Origin: Nitrospirota bacterium
GTDB taxonomy: Bacteria > Nitrospirota > Nitrospiria > Nitrospirales > NS-4
DNA: 64,000 bases
Reading direction: 5' to 3'
NCBI GenBank assembly: GCA_963788195.1
Contig: CAWBGA010000017.1
Location: forward strand, 352,001-416,000
Positions 21,426 through 32,603 of the stretch are shown here, piece by piece. The position numbers and the translations under genes were made by a program. The notes beneath the pieces are model-generated. The model was not told the origin of the DNA. It was given only the letters and a program-made list of their open reading frames with translations, and searched no databases. Each line of letters starts with the position of its first letter. The first letter of the stretch is position 1.

Positions 21426-22232
21426 TTGCAGTCAATTCTCTGCCTTCGTCTTTTCTCCATCAGTCTGGTCATTTTCGTTGCAACAGTCCTCCATCCCGAT
21501 GTCGCAGACGCCGTACGCCCATTTATCACCGACGATGCCCGAGTGACCGACAAGGGTACGGTGGCCGTTGAGACATTTGCGGAGTTGAGCACCAGCGAGG
21601 GGCAAAAGCCTGCGTATGGCCTTCACTCTTTGCAGAGCTGGGGTCTCACCAACCGATTAGAGCTGACGACCGGCGAATTAGGCGCTGAATATCGCGAGCG
21701 ACGGTTCACGCCGCATGACCTCGTGTTCCAGCCGAAGGTCCTCTTGTTTCAATCCTTCGGCGCCATTCCATCGGTCTCCACAGCCGCAGGTCTTTTGATT
21801 CCAATCAGCGGCAACCGCCAGCTCTGGAATACATACGCGATGGGCCACGTGAGCTGGTTTTTATTTCAGACCAGCGGACAGCCCCGATCCCTTTGACTAC
21901 CGGCTTGCGATCTACCTTAACGCAGGCACAAAAGGCCGCTACGATGCGGGCCTTGGGCGGCACACAAGTAAGCCCTATTGGGCGGCGGGCTTTGAAGTCG
22001 GCACGTTCGTCCGCCAAGTCCGCTTCCTGGCCGAAACCTTTAACGGCGATCCCTTCGACTTCTCAGAGGAATTTCCGGCGTATCAAACGGGATTTCGCTG
22101 GTATAAAAGTCCCACTGTGCAGATGGATATGACTTTCTAGGAGTAAATGCCGATCACAGGGGCGATCCTCACGCCCATTGGGAGTACTCTTTCCAGATCG
22201 GCCTGAGGGTCGTTCTGGACGTCTTTCGCTGA
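21426..22232 (+). CDS. Hypothetical exported, probably outer-membrane beta-barrel protein (multiple indels)
   Basis: Signal peptide, then RPFITDDARV, then beta-strand-like segments in shifting frames ending FQIGLRVVLDVFR-stop. Confidence 0.55.
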
Positions 22233-22333
22233 CGTCGTCTTCTCTTTTATCGTGAATCTTCGCCTGACATCAGGTCTCGCCGAGTGAGCTTGACGAACTG
22301 TTGGGGTTGCGCTGAAGGTATATTCAGTGAAAA

Positions 22334-22360
22334 GAAACGGGGGCGTAGAGCCCCCGTTTC
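22334..22360 (-). terminator. Intrinsic terminator of degP
   Basis: GAAACGGGGGC-5 nt-GCCCCCGTTTC hairpin followed by a T-run on the minus strand. Confidence 0.75.
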
Positions 22361-22396
22361 CATGCCAGTGCATTTGCCCTGCAGTCTTATCTGCTA

Positions 22397-23914
22397 TTAC
22401 GCAGTCACGGTGATGAACAAGGACGATCCCCGTCGGTTGATCAGCAACAAGGCATTCTGATCCTTCTTCAATGCCGACACGATCTGTTCGTAATCCTTCA
22501 CGGTCTTGACCGGATGGCGATTAACCTCTTTGATCACGTCGCCTTGCGCCAGCCCCGCGCGGTCGGCCTGACTGTCGGGTTCGACGTTGACGATCACAAC
22601 GCCTTGGGCGCTACCTTGCACCCCCAACTCGCGCGCCATTTGCTGATTCAGGCTCTGCACTTCAACACCGGCTAAGGCGCTCTCACCACCGCTCTCGGTA
22701 CGTGCCACCTGTTTTGGCTCAGTCTGCTCACCGACAGTCGCGGTGAGTTCCTGCTCGTGCCCGTTCCGTATGACCTTCACCACGGCTTTCGCCCCGATCG
22801 GGGTCCCTGTAACCGCTCGCTGCAACGCAGCGGCATCGTCAATCGGTGCCTGTTGGTATCCGACAATCACGTCACCTTGCTTGATTCCCGCCTTCTCAGC
22901 CGGGCTCTCTTCGGCCACATTGCTGACCAGCGCGCCTTTCGCCTCTTTCAGACCGAAGGACTTGGCCAGATCCTGATTGAGGTCCTGAATTCCGATCCCC
23001 AAAAATCCACGCACCACCTTCCCGCTCTTCATCAGGCTGTCAAACACCGGCTTTGCCATGCTCGCGGGCACCGCAAACCCGACTCCCTGATATCCGCCGC
23101 TCTGGGAGATAATCGCTGTGTTGATGCCGATTAGTTCTCCGTTCGTATTGACCAACGCGCCGCCTGAATTGCCCGGATTGATGGCGGCATCCGTCTGGAT
23201 GAAGTCTTCATACTGAGTGATGCCCATCCGCCCACGGCCCAACGCGCTGACGATGCCCAGCGTGACCGTGGAATTCAGCCCAAAGGGATTGCCGACGGCC
23301 AGAACGTATTCTCCGACCTGAAGCTTTGAAGAATCCCCCCAACCGGTATGCGGCAGATTGCTGCCTTCAATCTTGACCACCGCTAAATCCGTTTTCGGAT
23401 CGGTGCCGACGACCTTGCCCTTGAACTCGCGCTTGTCAGGAAGCGTCACGGTCAGCTCACCGCCTCCATCAACCACATGGTTGTTTGTGAGGATGTAGCC
23501 ATCGGGAGAAACAATCACGCCCGAGCCCATGCCACTGCCACGATGCTCACGAGGGTCCATGGGCCCCTGAGGTCCCTGCGGTCCGAAAGGACCCTTGTGT
23601 CCGAACGGGCCTTGCGGTCCAAAAGGATTAAAAAACTCTTCCGGCATCCTCTTCGAGGGTCCCCGAGAGTCCTTGGTTCTCACAGCCTTTGAAGTGATAT
23701 TCACAACCGCGGGTGTCACCGCTTTCGCCACGCCGGTAAAGCCGGGAACTTGGGCTTTCGTATCTGCTGCCGTCGCCGGTGCGGTGATTGGGGTTGACGC
23801 GGCCGATGCCGGTTGATGGTTATAGCTGACATATTCGCCGCCCAGGAAGAGAGCGCCGCCTAGAACAACCAGGGCCGCGATCTTCCCGAGATAATGATGC
23901 CAAAATGCCCTCAT
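22397..23914 (-). CDS. degP: Do/DegQ family HtrA serine endoprotease with two PDZ domains
   Basis: GSGVI, TNNHVV, TDLAV, QTDAAINPGNSGG, two PDZ domains, AGGAGG RBS. Confidence 0.95.
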   Translation of the reverse strand: MRAFWHHYLGKIAALVVLGGALFLGGEYVSYNHQPASAASTPITAPATAADTKAQVPGFTGVAKAVTPAVVNITSKAVRTKDSRGPSKRMPEEFFNPFGPQGPFGHKGPFGPQGPQGPMDPREHRGSGMGSGVIVSPDGYILTNNHVVDGGGELTVTLPDKREFKGKVVGTDPKTDLAVVKIEGSNLPHTGWGDSSKLQVGEYVLAVGNPFGLNSTVTLGIVSALGRGRMGITQYEDFIQTDAAINPGNSGGALVNTNGELIGINTAIISQSGGYQGVGFAVPASMAKPVFDSLMKSGKVVRGFLGIGIQDLNQDLAKSFGLKEAKGALVSNVAEESPAEKAGIKQGDVIVGYQQAPIDDAAALQRAVTGTPIGAKAVVKVIRNGHEQELTATVGEQTEPKQVARTESGGESALAGVEVQSLNQQMARELGVQGSAQGVVIVNVEPDSQADRAGLAQGDVIKEVNRHPVKTVKDYEQIVSALKKDQNALLLINRRGSSLFITVTA

Positions 23915-23995
23915 ACACTCCTCCTTGTTGATTACTGTATTGCAGCTGTCACTATAGTGAATGGTTTGGATCGCTCTACAAGGTAGCAAGTTAGA

Positions 23996-24024
23996 ATGAG
24001 AAGAGGATTAGGACAAGATTAGAA
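23996..24024 (-). promoter_or_regulatory. Three 11-bp-periodic direct repeats upstream of degP (putative OmpR-family operator)
   Basis: Minus strand reads TTCTAAT-cttg-TCCTAAT-cctc-TTCTCAT. Confidence 0.6.
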
Positions 24025-24053
24025 CTGGCTAACCTGGCCTATCTGTTCCGGGA

Positions 24054-25506
24054 CTATGAATCCCTGAAGATTCGCTGGAGCAGAGGCAGAACCACTGTAA
24101 ATCGAGAGCCTTTGCCTGGCTCGCTCTCGACCTCAATGTGTCCTTGATGTGCTTCCGCAATCCACTTGCAGATGGCGAGTCCGAGGCCTGTGCCTTTAGG
24201 AGAGTGCGCACGGGCCTCATCAGCGCGATAAAACCTATCGAAGATACGTCCCTGCGCTTCCGGTGAGATCCCGATGCCTTCATCGCTGACAGTGAGATGA
24301 ACGGCACTCCCCTCGCGCGTCAACGCCATCTTCACTTGCCCTCCAGCCCGCGAGTACCTCACGGCATTTTCCACGATGTTCAGGACCAGCTCCCGCAGTC
24401 GAAGTTCATCTCCCAAAACTGTGGCGGGTTGAATCTTCTCGATGAGCACTTCGATGCCGTGTTCTTGGCCAAGGACGGCAGCCTGTCGTTGGATATCTTC
24501 GACAAGCGTATCAAGCCTGACCGGTTGACGCTCCATGGTGACCTCGCCGAGGTCAGCACGCGACAAGAACAAGAGGTCTTCAACAATGCGTGCCATCCGA
24601 TCGATCTCCTCGAGATTGCTCTCTAAAACTAAGCCGATACTCCTCGGACGATCGGGGGCGGCGCAGTGCCAGTTCGGTTTCTCCCTTCATGACCGTCAAA
24701 GGCGTCCGCAATTCATGAGAGGCGTCGGCGCTGAACTGTTGAACCTGGCGAAAGGAGGTTTCGAGGCGCGCGATCATCTCGTTGAAGGTGATCGCGAGCC
24801 GTCCGATCTCATCTGTCGACCGCGAGACTACCAGGCGTTGGGTCAAATCGCCGGCCGCGATGCGCCGTGCGGCCTCCGTGATGGCTTCTACCGGCCGCAG
24901 TGCCCTGCCTGCCAGAAACCACCCGCCCGCAAGCGCGATGGCGAGCGCCAGAGGCCCCGTCAGCAAGAGCGTGAGAATTAATCGCTGCCGTATGGCTTCC
25001 ACCTGGCGCAACGACGTGCCGATCTGTAGGATGTGGGTCAGCGAGCCTCCGTATTGGATGGGAACAGACAAGAGACGCACAGGGGGTTCTTTTTCAAAGC
25101 GCGCGGATTCGAACACAGGCCGGCCCGCCAAGGCCGCCGTGAGCGCCGTTCGACTCAGGGGAATGGAAAGCCGGCGCACGTTCGGAGATTGAATCGTGAT
25201 CATTCCCGCCGGGCTGAAAATCTGAAAAAACTTGTCGATCACCGCGAGTTCCGGAAACTCATCCATGAGATTATCGAATTGGAAGAACGGCCCGACCCGT
25301 CGTTCCTCGAGCGCTTTCACCGCGACGCCCGCCGTTTCCTCAAGAGAGCGGTCCACCTGCTCTTTTAAGTTTCGTGCTATCACCATGTAAAGGGTGCCGG
25401 CGAAGACGGCCAGGATGACCCCGAGCGCAATCCCGTACCACAACGTTAACCTGACTTTCAGGGATAGTCCGCTGGCCGCCTTTTGTGCTTGGCCTGGGGA
25501 ATTCAT
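24054..25506 (-). CDS. HAMP sensor histidine kinase, CusS/CzcS-like (indel near 24630)
   Basis: Two TM helices, HAMP, DASHELRTPL, NAVRY, DEGIGI, GTGLGL. Confidence 0.9.
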
Positions 25507-26183
25507 TCGGCTTTCAGGACGTACCCGGTTCCTCGCACCGTGTGGATCAGCTTGTGATCCCGCCCTCGATCGATCTTGTTTCGCAGGTAGTTCACGTAGA
25601 CATCGATCACATTCGTGAAGGTATCGAAATCAAGGTTCCAGACGTGCTCCGCGATCATCGGCCTTGTCAACACCCTGCCGGCATTGCGCATGAGGTATTC
25701 GAGGAGGGCATACTCTTTGCTCGTCAACTCAATGCGTTTCCCGCCTCGAGTCACCTCTCGGGTAGCAGGATTGAGGATCAGGTCCTCTACTTGGAGGATG
25801 CCCACCGTCTCGCCGAAACCACGCCGGAGCAGGACGCGCACCCGCGCCAGCAGTTCTTCAATGGCGAACGGCTTTGTCAGGTAATCGTCGGCGCCCGCAT
25901 CCAGGCCCTTCACCTTCTGATCGACCTGCGAACGCGCGGTGAGGATTAGAACCGGGGCCGTGATCTGCTCTTTGCGGATCGCTCTGAGTATCTCCAGGCC
26001 GGAGAGACCCGGTAACATGAGATCGAGAATGATGAGATCGTAGCGGCCGTCCTTGGCCTCCCGGGCCAGGTCCAGTCCCTCTGTTCCGTCGGCGCGGACA
26101 TCCACGGCATAGCTTTCCTCTTCCAGTGCCCGGCGGATGAAAGAGGCTACCTTCGTCTCGTCCTCGACAAGTAAGATTCGCAT
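25503..26183 (-). CDS. OmpR-family response regulator
   Basis: Receiver plus winged-helix domain (GADDYLTKPF, IHTVRGTGY). Overlaps the kinase by 4 bp. Confidence 0.95.
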   Translation of the reverse strand: MRILLVEDETKVASFIRRALEEESYAVDVRADGTEGLDLAREAKDGRYDLIILDLMLPGLSGLEILRAIRKEQITAPVLILTARSQVDQKVKGLDAGADDYLTKPFAIEELLARVRVLLRRGFGETVGILQVEDLILNPATREVTRGGKRIELTSKEYALLEYLMRNAGRVLTRPMIAEHVWNLDFDTFTNVIDVYVNYLRNKIDRGRDHKLIHTVRGTGYVLKAE

Positions 26184-26292
26184 CGCTACTTAGTCTTTCC
26201 CCCGAGTAAGGCGAAGGGTCACCGGAGATGCTTCGCTCCCTGAATGATCAGCAAGACTGAGAAATTATACCAGTTCGGGGATGTGCAGGTTT

Positions 26293-27215
26293 TCAGTGAT
26301 ACATGTACAGCGGCCTGTCGTCCTCAATGAGACGCGACTGGCTTTCTATCCCCGCCAGAAGGTGCTTAGGAAGGACAAACTGCGCCGCGCATAGTGCCCC
26401 GCTAAGGTACCGTAACTCGCCGGTAATACGGCTCGCGATCCGACGTTCGTATTCAGCAGCCGTATAGGGCTCGGTGAGTTGCTCCTTAGAGGCGATTTGA
26501 AATCCCCATGGCAGGCCGAAACATGGCACCCCGGCCGTGTAGGGCCAGGTGGTCGGGAATGTTGTTTTCAACGTCCGGTGGATCGATCCGAAGTTGAGGA
26601 GGTCATGGGCCGCGATCGTGTCCCGGCCTGTAAGGCGATGACGCCGTCGTCCGCCAGCCGACTGCTGACCAGACGGTAGAATTCGCGGGTGTAGAGGCGA
26701 TAGCATGGACCTTCCTCAATAGGATCCGACAGGTCGATGATGATGGCGTCAAAAACTTCATCATGTGTTTCAAGCCAGCGGCGCCCGTCTTCGATGATGA
26801 TCTCGGCCTTCGGATCATCAAACGCCCCGGCGTGAAACGCCGGCAAGAGCCGTCGGGAGACGTCGATGACCTCCTGATCGACATCCACCATGACCGCGCG
26901 CCTTACAGATCGATGCCGTAACACTTCGCGCAGAGTCGCGCCTTCGCCTCCGCCGATGATCATCACGGCGGCAGGGTCCGGATGGGTGAGCAACGCAGGA
27001 TGGACCAGGGCCTCGTGGTAGATGAATTCGTCGGTCTCCGTCGACTGGACTTTGCCATCCAGCACAAGGGACCGGCCGTAGTCACCGAACTCGATGACTT
27101 CAATGTGCTGGAAGGGGGTGTCCTTGGAGAAAAGGACCGATTTGACGCTGTGGAGATGTCCTTCGTCCGGCCCTAAGACTTCAAGAAACCACTTGGAGTT
27201 CTTTGGGGCGGCCAT
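26293..27215 (-). CDS. speE: Spermidine synthase (indel near 26620)
   Basis: LDGKVQS, YHEALVHP, IIGGGEGATLRE, DAIIIDLSDP. Confidence 0.92.
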
Positions 27216-27612
27216 AGGCGAAAATCCCCTTCTCGTCTTTAGCCACTTTAGTCGCCTTGGACCTCGGCATCATTCCGCGTTTCAACTCGATCAGGGAAGG
27301 CTGGCGAGACTGAAATTGCTCCACAAGGTACTGGGCGGCGATCTCTGGGCACAGCGTTTCACCACAGGTGAAAATGTCAACGGCGGCGTATCCATACTCC
27401 GGCCAGGTGTGAATGGCCAGATGGGACTCTGCAATCACGACGACACCGCTGATTCCAAAGGGGCTAAAGTGATGTAAATGGGTGCCGATGATGGTGGCCT
27501 TTGCCAGCTTCGCCCCCGCAACCAAAATCTCTTCCACTCTCTTCAGGTCGTTGAGGAGTTTCGCGTTGCACCCATTGAGTTCAAGTAGCAGATGCCTACC
27601 TAGTGCGTGCAA
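27181..27612 (-). CDS. speD: S-adenosylmethionine decarboxylase proenzyme
   Basis: IAESHLAIHTWPE cleavage motif, DIFTCG. Confidence 0.95.
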   Translation of the reverse strand: MHALGRHLLLELNGCNAKLLNDLKRVEEILVAGAKLAKATIIGTHLHHFSPFGISGVVVIAESHLAIHTWPEYGYAAVDIFTCGETLCPEIAAQYLVEQFQSRQPSLIELKRGMMPRSKATKVAKDEKGIFAYGRPKELQVVS

Positions 27613-27827
27613 TCCGGTTACCCCCTTTGGTGAGAGTGGTGATGAGAGTGGCCAATTTTTTGTCTATCGAACCTCCTACTCGGGTATTTCTACCGAGATC
27701 ACCCCGAAAAGGTTGTGTGAATATATCCGAACCCCTCAAATTGTCAATAAGATTTTTGGAGCTAGCTCAGCACTTGCCTCCTTGACGGCTCTCTCGTGGA
27801 ACCGATAACATCCGCATTGTCGACTCC

Positions 27828-28781
27828 ATGATCCACGTCGAACATCTCACTAAACGCTACGGGCCTAAAACCGCAATCGACGACGTGACCTTCTCCGTCG
27901 AAAAGGGAGAAGTGCTGGCATTTCTCGGTCCCAACGGCGCCGGGAAAACCACCACCATGCGCATTCTCACCGGTTCCTTGCCGGCGACCTCGGGAGTGGC
28001 GCGTGTGGCAGGATACGACTGCTTTGATCAACCGATGGAAGTGAAGCGGGTGATCGGCTATCTCCCGGAGAGCCCCCCGCTGTATACGGAAATGACGGTC
28101 ACCGAGTATCTTATCTTCGTCGCTCGCATCAAGGGGGTTCCGGTGGCACAGATCCCCTCGGCGCTGGATCAGGTGATGCAACGACTATCCCTCGGTGAAG
28201 TACGCGGCCGACTGATCGCTAATCTCTCCAGAGGCTTCAAACAACGCGTGGGGCTGGCTCAAGCCCTGGTCCATAACCCGGCCGTTCTGATCCTCGATGA
28301 ACCGACGACCGGTCTGGATCCCAAGCAGATCATTGAGATTCGCGAATTGATCCGAGAACTCGCCGGATCCCACACCATCATCCTGAGCACACACATCCTG
28401 CCCGAGGCGACCGCGGTGGCCGATCGGGTCGTGATCATTCACGAAGGGCGGATTGTCGCGGAGGATTCCCAAGAGCGATTGTCCGCGAGGCTACGCCGCT
28501 CAGAAAAGGTCAGCATAACGCTGAAAGCGCCGCCGTCCGACGTTCCGGAGCAGCTATTGTCACTGCCCGGCGTCCTCTCGGCTCATCCCGATGGCGCGAA
28601 CCGTTTTCTCATCGAAGTCGAGCTAGGCCGGGACCTACGTGAAGATCTGGCGCGCTTTGTGGTTGAGCGCCAGTGGGGCCTGCTGGAACTGAAGCTGGTC
28701 ACAATTACGTTAGAAGATGTGTTCCTGCGGCTGACTCAAGAAGAGCCTTGTGAGGCCACGCCTGAGGAGGTCCACCAGTGA
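27828..28781 (+). CDS. ABC transporter ATP-binding protein (GldA-like)
   Basis: GPNGAGKTT, LSRGFKQRV, ILDEP. Confidence 0.92.
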   Translation: MIHVEHLTKRYGPKTAIDDVTFSVEKGEVLAFLGPNGAGKTTTMRILTGSLPATSGVARVAGYDCFDQPMEVKRVIGYLPESPPLYTEMTVTEYLIFVARIKGVPVAQIPSALDQVMQRLSLGEVRGRLIANLSRGFKQRVGLAQALVHNPAVLILDEPTTGLDPKQIIEIRELIRELAGSHTIILSTHILPEATAVADRVVIIHEGRIVAEDSQERLSARLRRSEKVSITLKAPPSDVPEQLLSLPGVLSAHPDGANRFLIEVELGRDLREDLARFVVERQWGLLELKLVTITLEDVFLRLTQEEPCEATPEEVHQ

Positions 28782-29548
28782 GCCCTGTCGGAGCGGTTGT
28801 ACGCAAAGAGCTTAGGACATATTTTGTATCTCCGATCGCATACGTCGTCGCGGGTGTCTTCCTGCTGTTGTTGGGCTTGCTGCTCTTTCTGCCGATCCTC
28901 GCCATCAGCAATCAGAGCCTTCAGATGTTGCGAATGCAAGGGAACCTTCCGGACGTGAATCTGAACCAGCTCGTGTTACGACCGGCTTTTGCGAACATGG
29001 CCGTCGTGATGTTGCTGGTGGTGCCGATCCTGACAATGCGGCTGCTGGCTGAGGAGAAGAAACTTAAAACGATGGAGTTACTGCTTACTTCACCGCTGAC
29101 GATTACAGACATCGTCATCGGGAAGTTTATCGCGGCATTCCTGGTCTTCGCGGGCATGCTGGCATTGACGGCTCTGGGAACGGTAGCTCTGGGCGCGATC
29201 GTCGAGCTTCGATGGCCGCCGATCGCCACGGCATACCTGGGTGTTCTCCTCCTTGGAGGCGTATTTTTGAGCGTTGGCCTCTTGGCGTCCGGGCTGACCG
29301 AGAATCAGGTCATTGCAGTGGTTGTGAGCTTTGGTCTGCTACTGGTTATTTGGCTGTTTGATTGGGCAGGGCAATTACTCGGCGACTCGCCGTTAGGGAA
29401 ACTCATGTCATACCTCTCGCCGATCGGCCATTTTGACAACCTGGTAAAGGGTCTCATAAACAGCAAAGACCTGGTGTATTTCGCCACAGCCATCATACTC
29501 AGCTTATTTCTGACGCATCGCGTCCTTGAATCGCAACGATGGCGGTGA
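28778..29548 (+). CDS. ABC-2 permease (GldF-like)
   Basis: ELRTYFVSPIAY, TMRLLAEEKK..TMELLLT, multiple TM helices. Confidence 0.88.
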   Translation: MSPVGAVVRKELRTYFVSPIAYVVAGVFLLLLGLLLFLPILAISNQSLQMLRMQGNLPDVNLNQLVLRPAFANMAVVMLLVVPILTMRLLAEEKKLKTMELLLTSPLTITDIVIGKFIAAFLVFAGMLALTALGTVALGAIVELRWPPIATAYLGVLLLGGVFLSVGLLASGLTENQVIAVVVSFGLLLVIWLFDWAGQLLGDSPLGKLMSYLSPIGHFDNLVKGLINSKDLVYFATAIILSLFLTHRVLESQRWR

Positions 29549-31069
29549 TGTCTCGTCGTTTCAGTCTTGCATTAGGCATACTAGGGGCGACTTTGGCGGT
29601 CGCGGGCGTTGTGGTCTACGTCCGAGCGCCTCACCAAACCGTCCTGATCGCGGTCCTCGAAGCCGTCGCCGTCGCATCACTCACTATTTTCCTGATCACG
29701 CACTTTGATCTGTTCCGGCAATTCTCCCGGCGCCCGGTCCGCCTGGGATTTAACAGCGTCCTCATGGTCCTGCTTGTGGGCGTCATTCTCGGGATCCTGA
29801 ATTTCCTCGCCGCACGTCATGAGTATCCGGTGGGATTTCTCGGAAACCAAGCGATTCACGCTGGCGCCGCAGACGGCCCGCGCCCTTCGTGATTTGCCTC
29901 GCGACGTCAAGATCACGGTGTTCACCAATGAGAAGGGCCAGTACGCAATCTATAAGGATCTTCTTGAAAACTATCAGGCGCGAAGTCAAAAGGTGGCAGT
30001 TGAATTCGTCGACCCTGATAAAAAGCCCGGCCTCGCGCGCCGCTATGGGATCACGCGCCTCGACACGGCCGTGCTGGAAAGCGGGAAACAAGAGACGCGC
30101 GTCATGGCGCCGACGGAGCAGGAACTGACCAACGCTCTGTCGCGTGTGGCGCGGGACGATAAAAAATCAATCTACTTCTTGGCAGGCCATGCCGAGCATC
30201 AACTGGACGATACCTCGGAAGCCGGGTACGCCTTTCTCAAAAAGGCTCTCGAGCAGCAAGGGTATTCCGTACAGTCGCTCTCGCTGTATGAGTCCAAGAC
30301 CGTGCCGCCCGAGACGAGTCTCCTGATTCTCGGAGGCCCGCGACGGCCCGTCACCGCGCAGGAGCAGGCGATGATCTCGGATTACGTCACAAAGGGGGGC
30401 CGGCTTCTTGCCATGGTGGACCCCCAATCAAAAGCCGGTGTCGAAAGCCTGCTGGCCACATGGGGACTCAACTTAGATCCCCGCATTGTCCTCGATGAGC
30501 AAAAGATCTTAAACGGCGATTTGACCATGCCGGTCGTGAGTAACTATGGGACACACGAGATGACCCAGGACCTGCGTGGTCTGCTGACCGTGTTTCCGGA
30601 CGTTCGTCCGCTCGTATGGGACGACAGCAAAAAAAGCGACTGGGAATTTCACCCTCTGGCGAAATCCAGCGCGCGCAGTTGGGCGAGTCCCGAAGATAAA
30701 GGGGAAGTCCACTTTGATCCCACGAAGGATACCCAAGGTCCCTTCACCCTGGCTGCTTTGGTGACGGGACGGAAAGACCCGTCCGATAACGCCCGCCGTC
30801 CGGCGATCGTGGCTATTGGCGATTCCGACCTGGCCTCCAACGCTTTTCTAAACCTCGCTCCCGGCAACAACGACTTTATTCTCCACGTGGTGGCATGGCT
30901 CGCCGAGGAAAAAGGCCTGATCACGATTGCGCCGAAGGACACTGGGTTTGCGACGTTTTTGGTGACGCCTTCGCAGGCCGCCGCGCTCTTGGCTTTGCAG
31001 GTGTTGGCCCTGCCGACCGCTTGTCTCATTATGGGTATTGTCGTATGGCGCTACCGGCGCAGGCTCTAA
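29539..31069 (+). CDS. GldG-family ABC auxiliary protein (indel near 29820)
   Basis: N-terminal TM helices, RWDFS..RFTL, FVDPD, YFLAGHAE, GDSD, C-terminal TM helix followed by RRR. Confidence 0.85.
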
Positions 31070-31143
31070 CCCCACTCAGATCATCCACGGTTTGTTCGGC
31101 CACATGTGACAATCTCGATCCATTGCGCACCCTCAACTGACCA

Positions 31144-32528
31144 ATGTCGCGCCCAATTCTTATCCTCTTCATGCTTGCTCTGGGACTGGGACTGTTCGTC
31201 TGGCTCATCGAGATGCCCGCGGAAAACAAGCGGGCGCAAGTCGAGACGGAATCGCAGCAACTCATGTCGTTTAAGGAGAGCGATGTCCAGGGCCTGACAA
31301 TCCATTCCCCAGCGGGGGATATTGCGCTCACCCGTAATCCAGCCACTCCGCCGGATAGCTGGACCATCACACAGCCAAGGACCATGGACGCCGACCGTCA
31401 AGCCGTCGAAGACTTTTTACGCACATTGATTCTGGCCAAAGTGTCTCGCGTTGTCGACGATACCGGGAAGGACCTGTCGGATTATGGCCTCGCCCTGCCC
31501 GCCATGTCCGTCTCAGTGCGCCTGCCCTCCGGAAACCAGACCGTGCTGTTCGGCGACTCCGGTCCATTATCATCCACGTTATATGCCAAGCGCGAAGGCG
31601 AACAAAAAGTTCTGCTCACGTCCCTCGCGGGGCGAGAGGTACTGACAAAGAGTCTGCAGGATTTTAGGCGGAAGCGGGTCTTTGAATTCGATCGCTCTCG
31701 CGTGTCGCGGTTGAAAATCACGCATCCGGAGCAGACTGTTGTGCTTTATAAAGAAGGCCGCGGAGAGAAGGCTGTATGGACCATCAAAGCCCCCGTTCAA
31801 GCCCCCGCCGACCAACCGGAAGTTCGAAGCCTGCTGTTCGCCTTGGAGGACCTTAAAGCCCAGGGCTTCGTCGACGATCCTCAAGAACGGCGCGCGACGA
31901 AAACAGCACTTAAGACGCCGCTGGTCGCGATTACTGTGCATGAAGACTCTTCGGAGGCGGGCACACCTGGCGCTGACCGGACCATCAATCTCTTCTTGAG
32001 TCCCACGAACATGACGAGCGGCTATGCGGAGACGTCATCCGAGGAGCCGATCTATCTGGTGCCCACTGCGGCCGCAAAGGATCTAGCCAAAGATCTGTTC
32101 GCACTTCGAAATAAGCAATTGCTCGCGTCCAACGCCGAACAGGTCAAGACCCTGGTGATCAAAAAAGAAGGCGAGGAGTACTCTCTCACGCATGAGGGAG
32201 CCGAATGGCTGATCGACGGGGACCCTCGCGCCAAAGCCGACGCAGGAAAGGTGAATATGCTCTTGAGCCGTGCCTTCCAGTTGCAGGCTGAACGGATTGT
32301 GACGGACAAGCCGGGGGATTTGAAGGATATGGGCTGGCGCTCCCGGTGGCGGAACTCACTGCCTCCGATGCTCAGGGCAAGGTATTGGGCCGGCTCATGG
32401 TGGGCCGCGTGGAAAACAATCTTGCGTTCGCCCAGGGGTCGGCCCTCTCCGGCGTGTTTCAGATCCGACCTGACATCCTGCGGGAGATCCCCAAGAGAAG
32501 CGAATTAGCCAAGCCTGCAGCGCCGTAA
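31144..32528 (+). CDS. DUF4340 domain protein (indel near 32330)
   Basis: N-terminal anchor, repeated W.I..P...AD...V modules, DYGL..P. Typical partner of the GldAFG-like system. Confidence 0.75.
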
Positions 32529-32603
32529 GGCCGCCCGACCCTACTAAAGAAGGTTTCGTCCACGCAGTCGTTCATTTATAGTTTTTAGTGATGGACGACT
32601 GCG

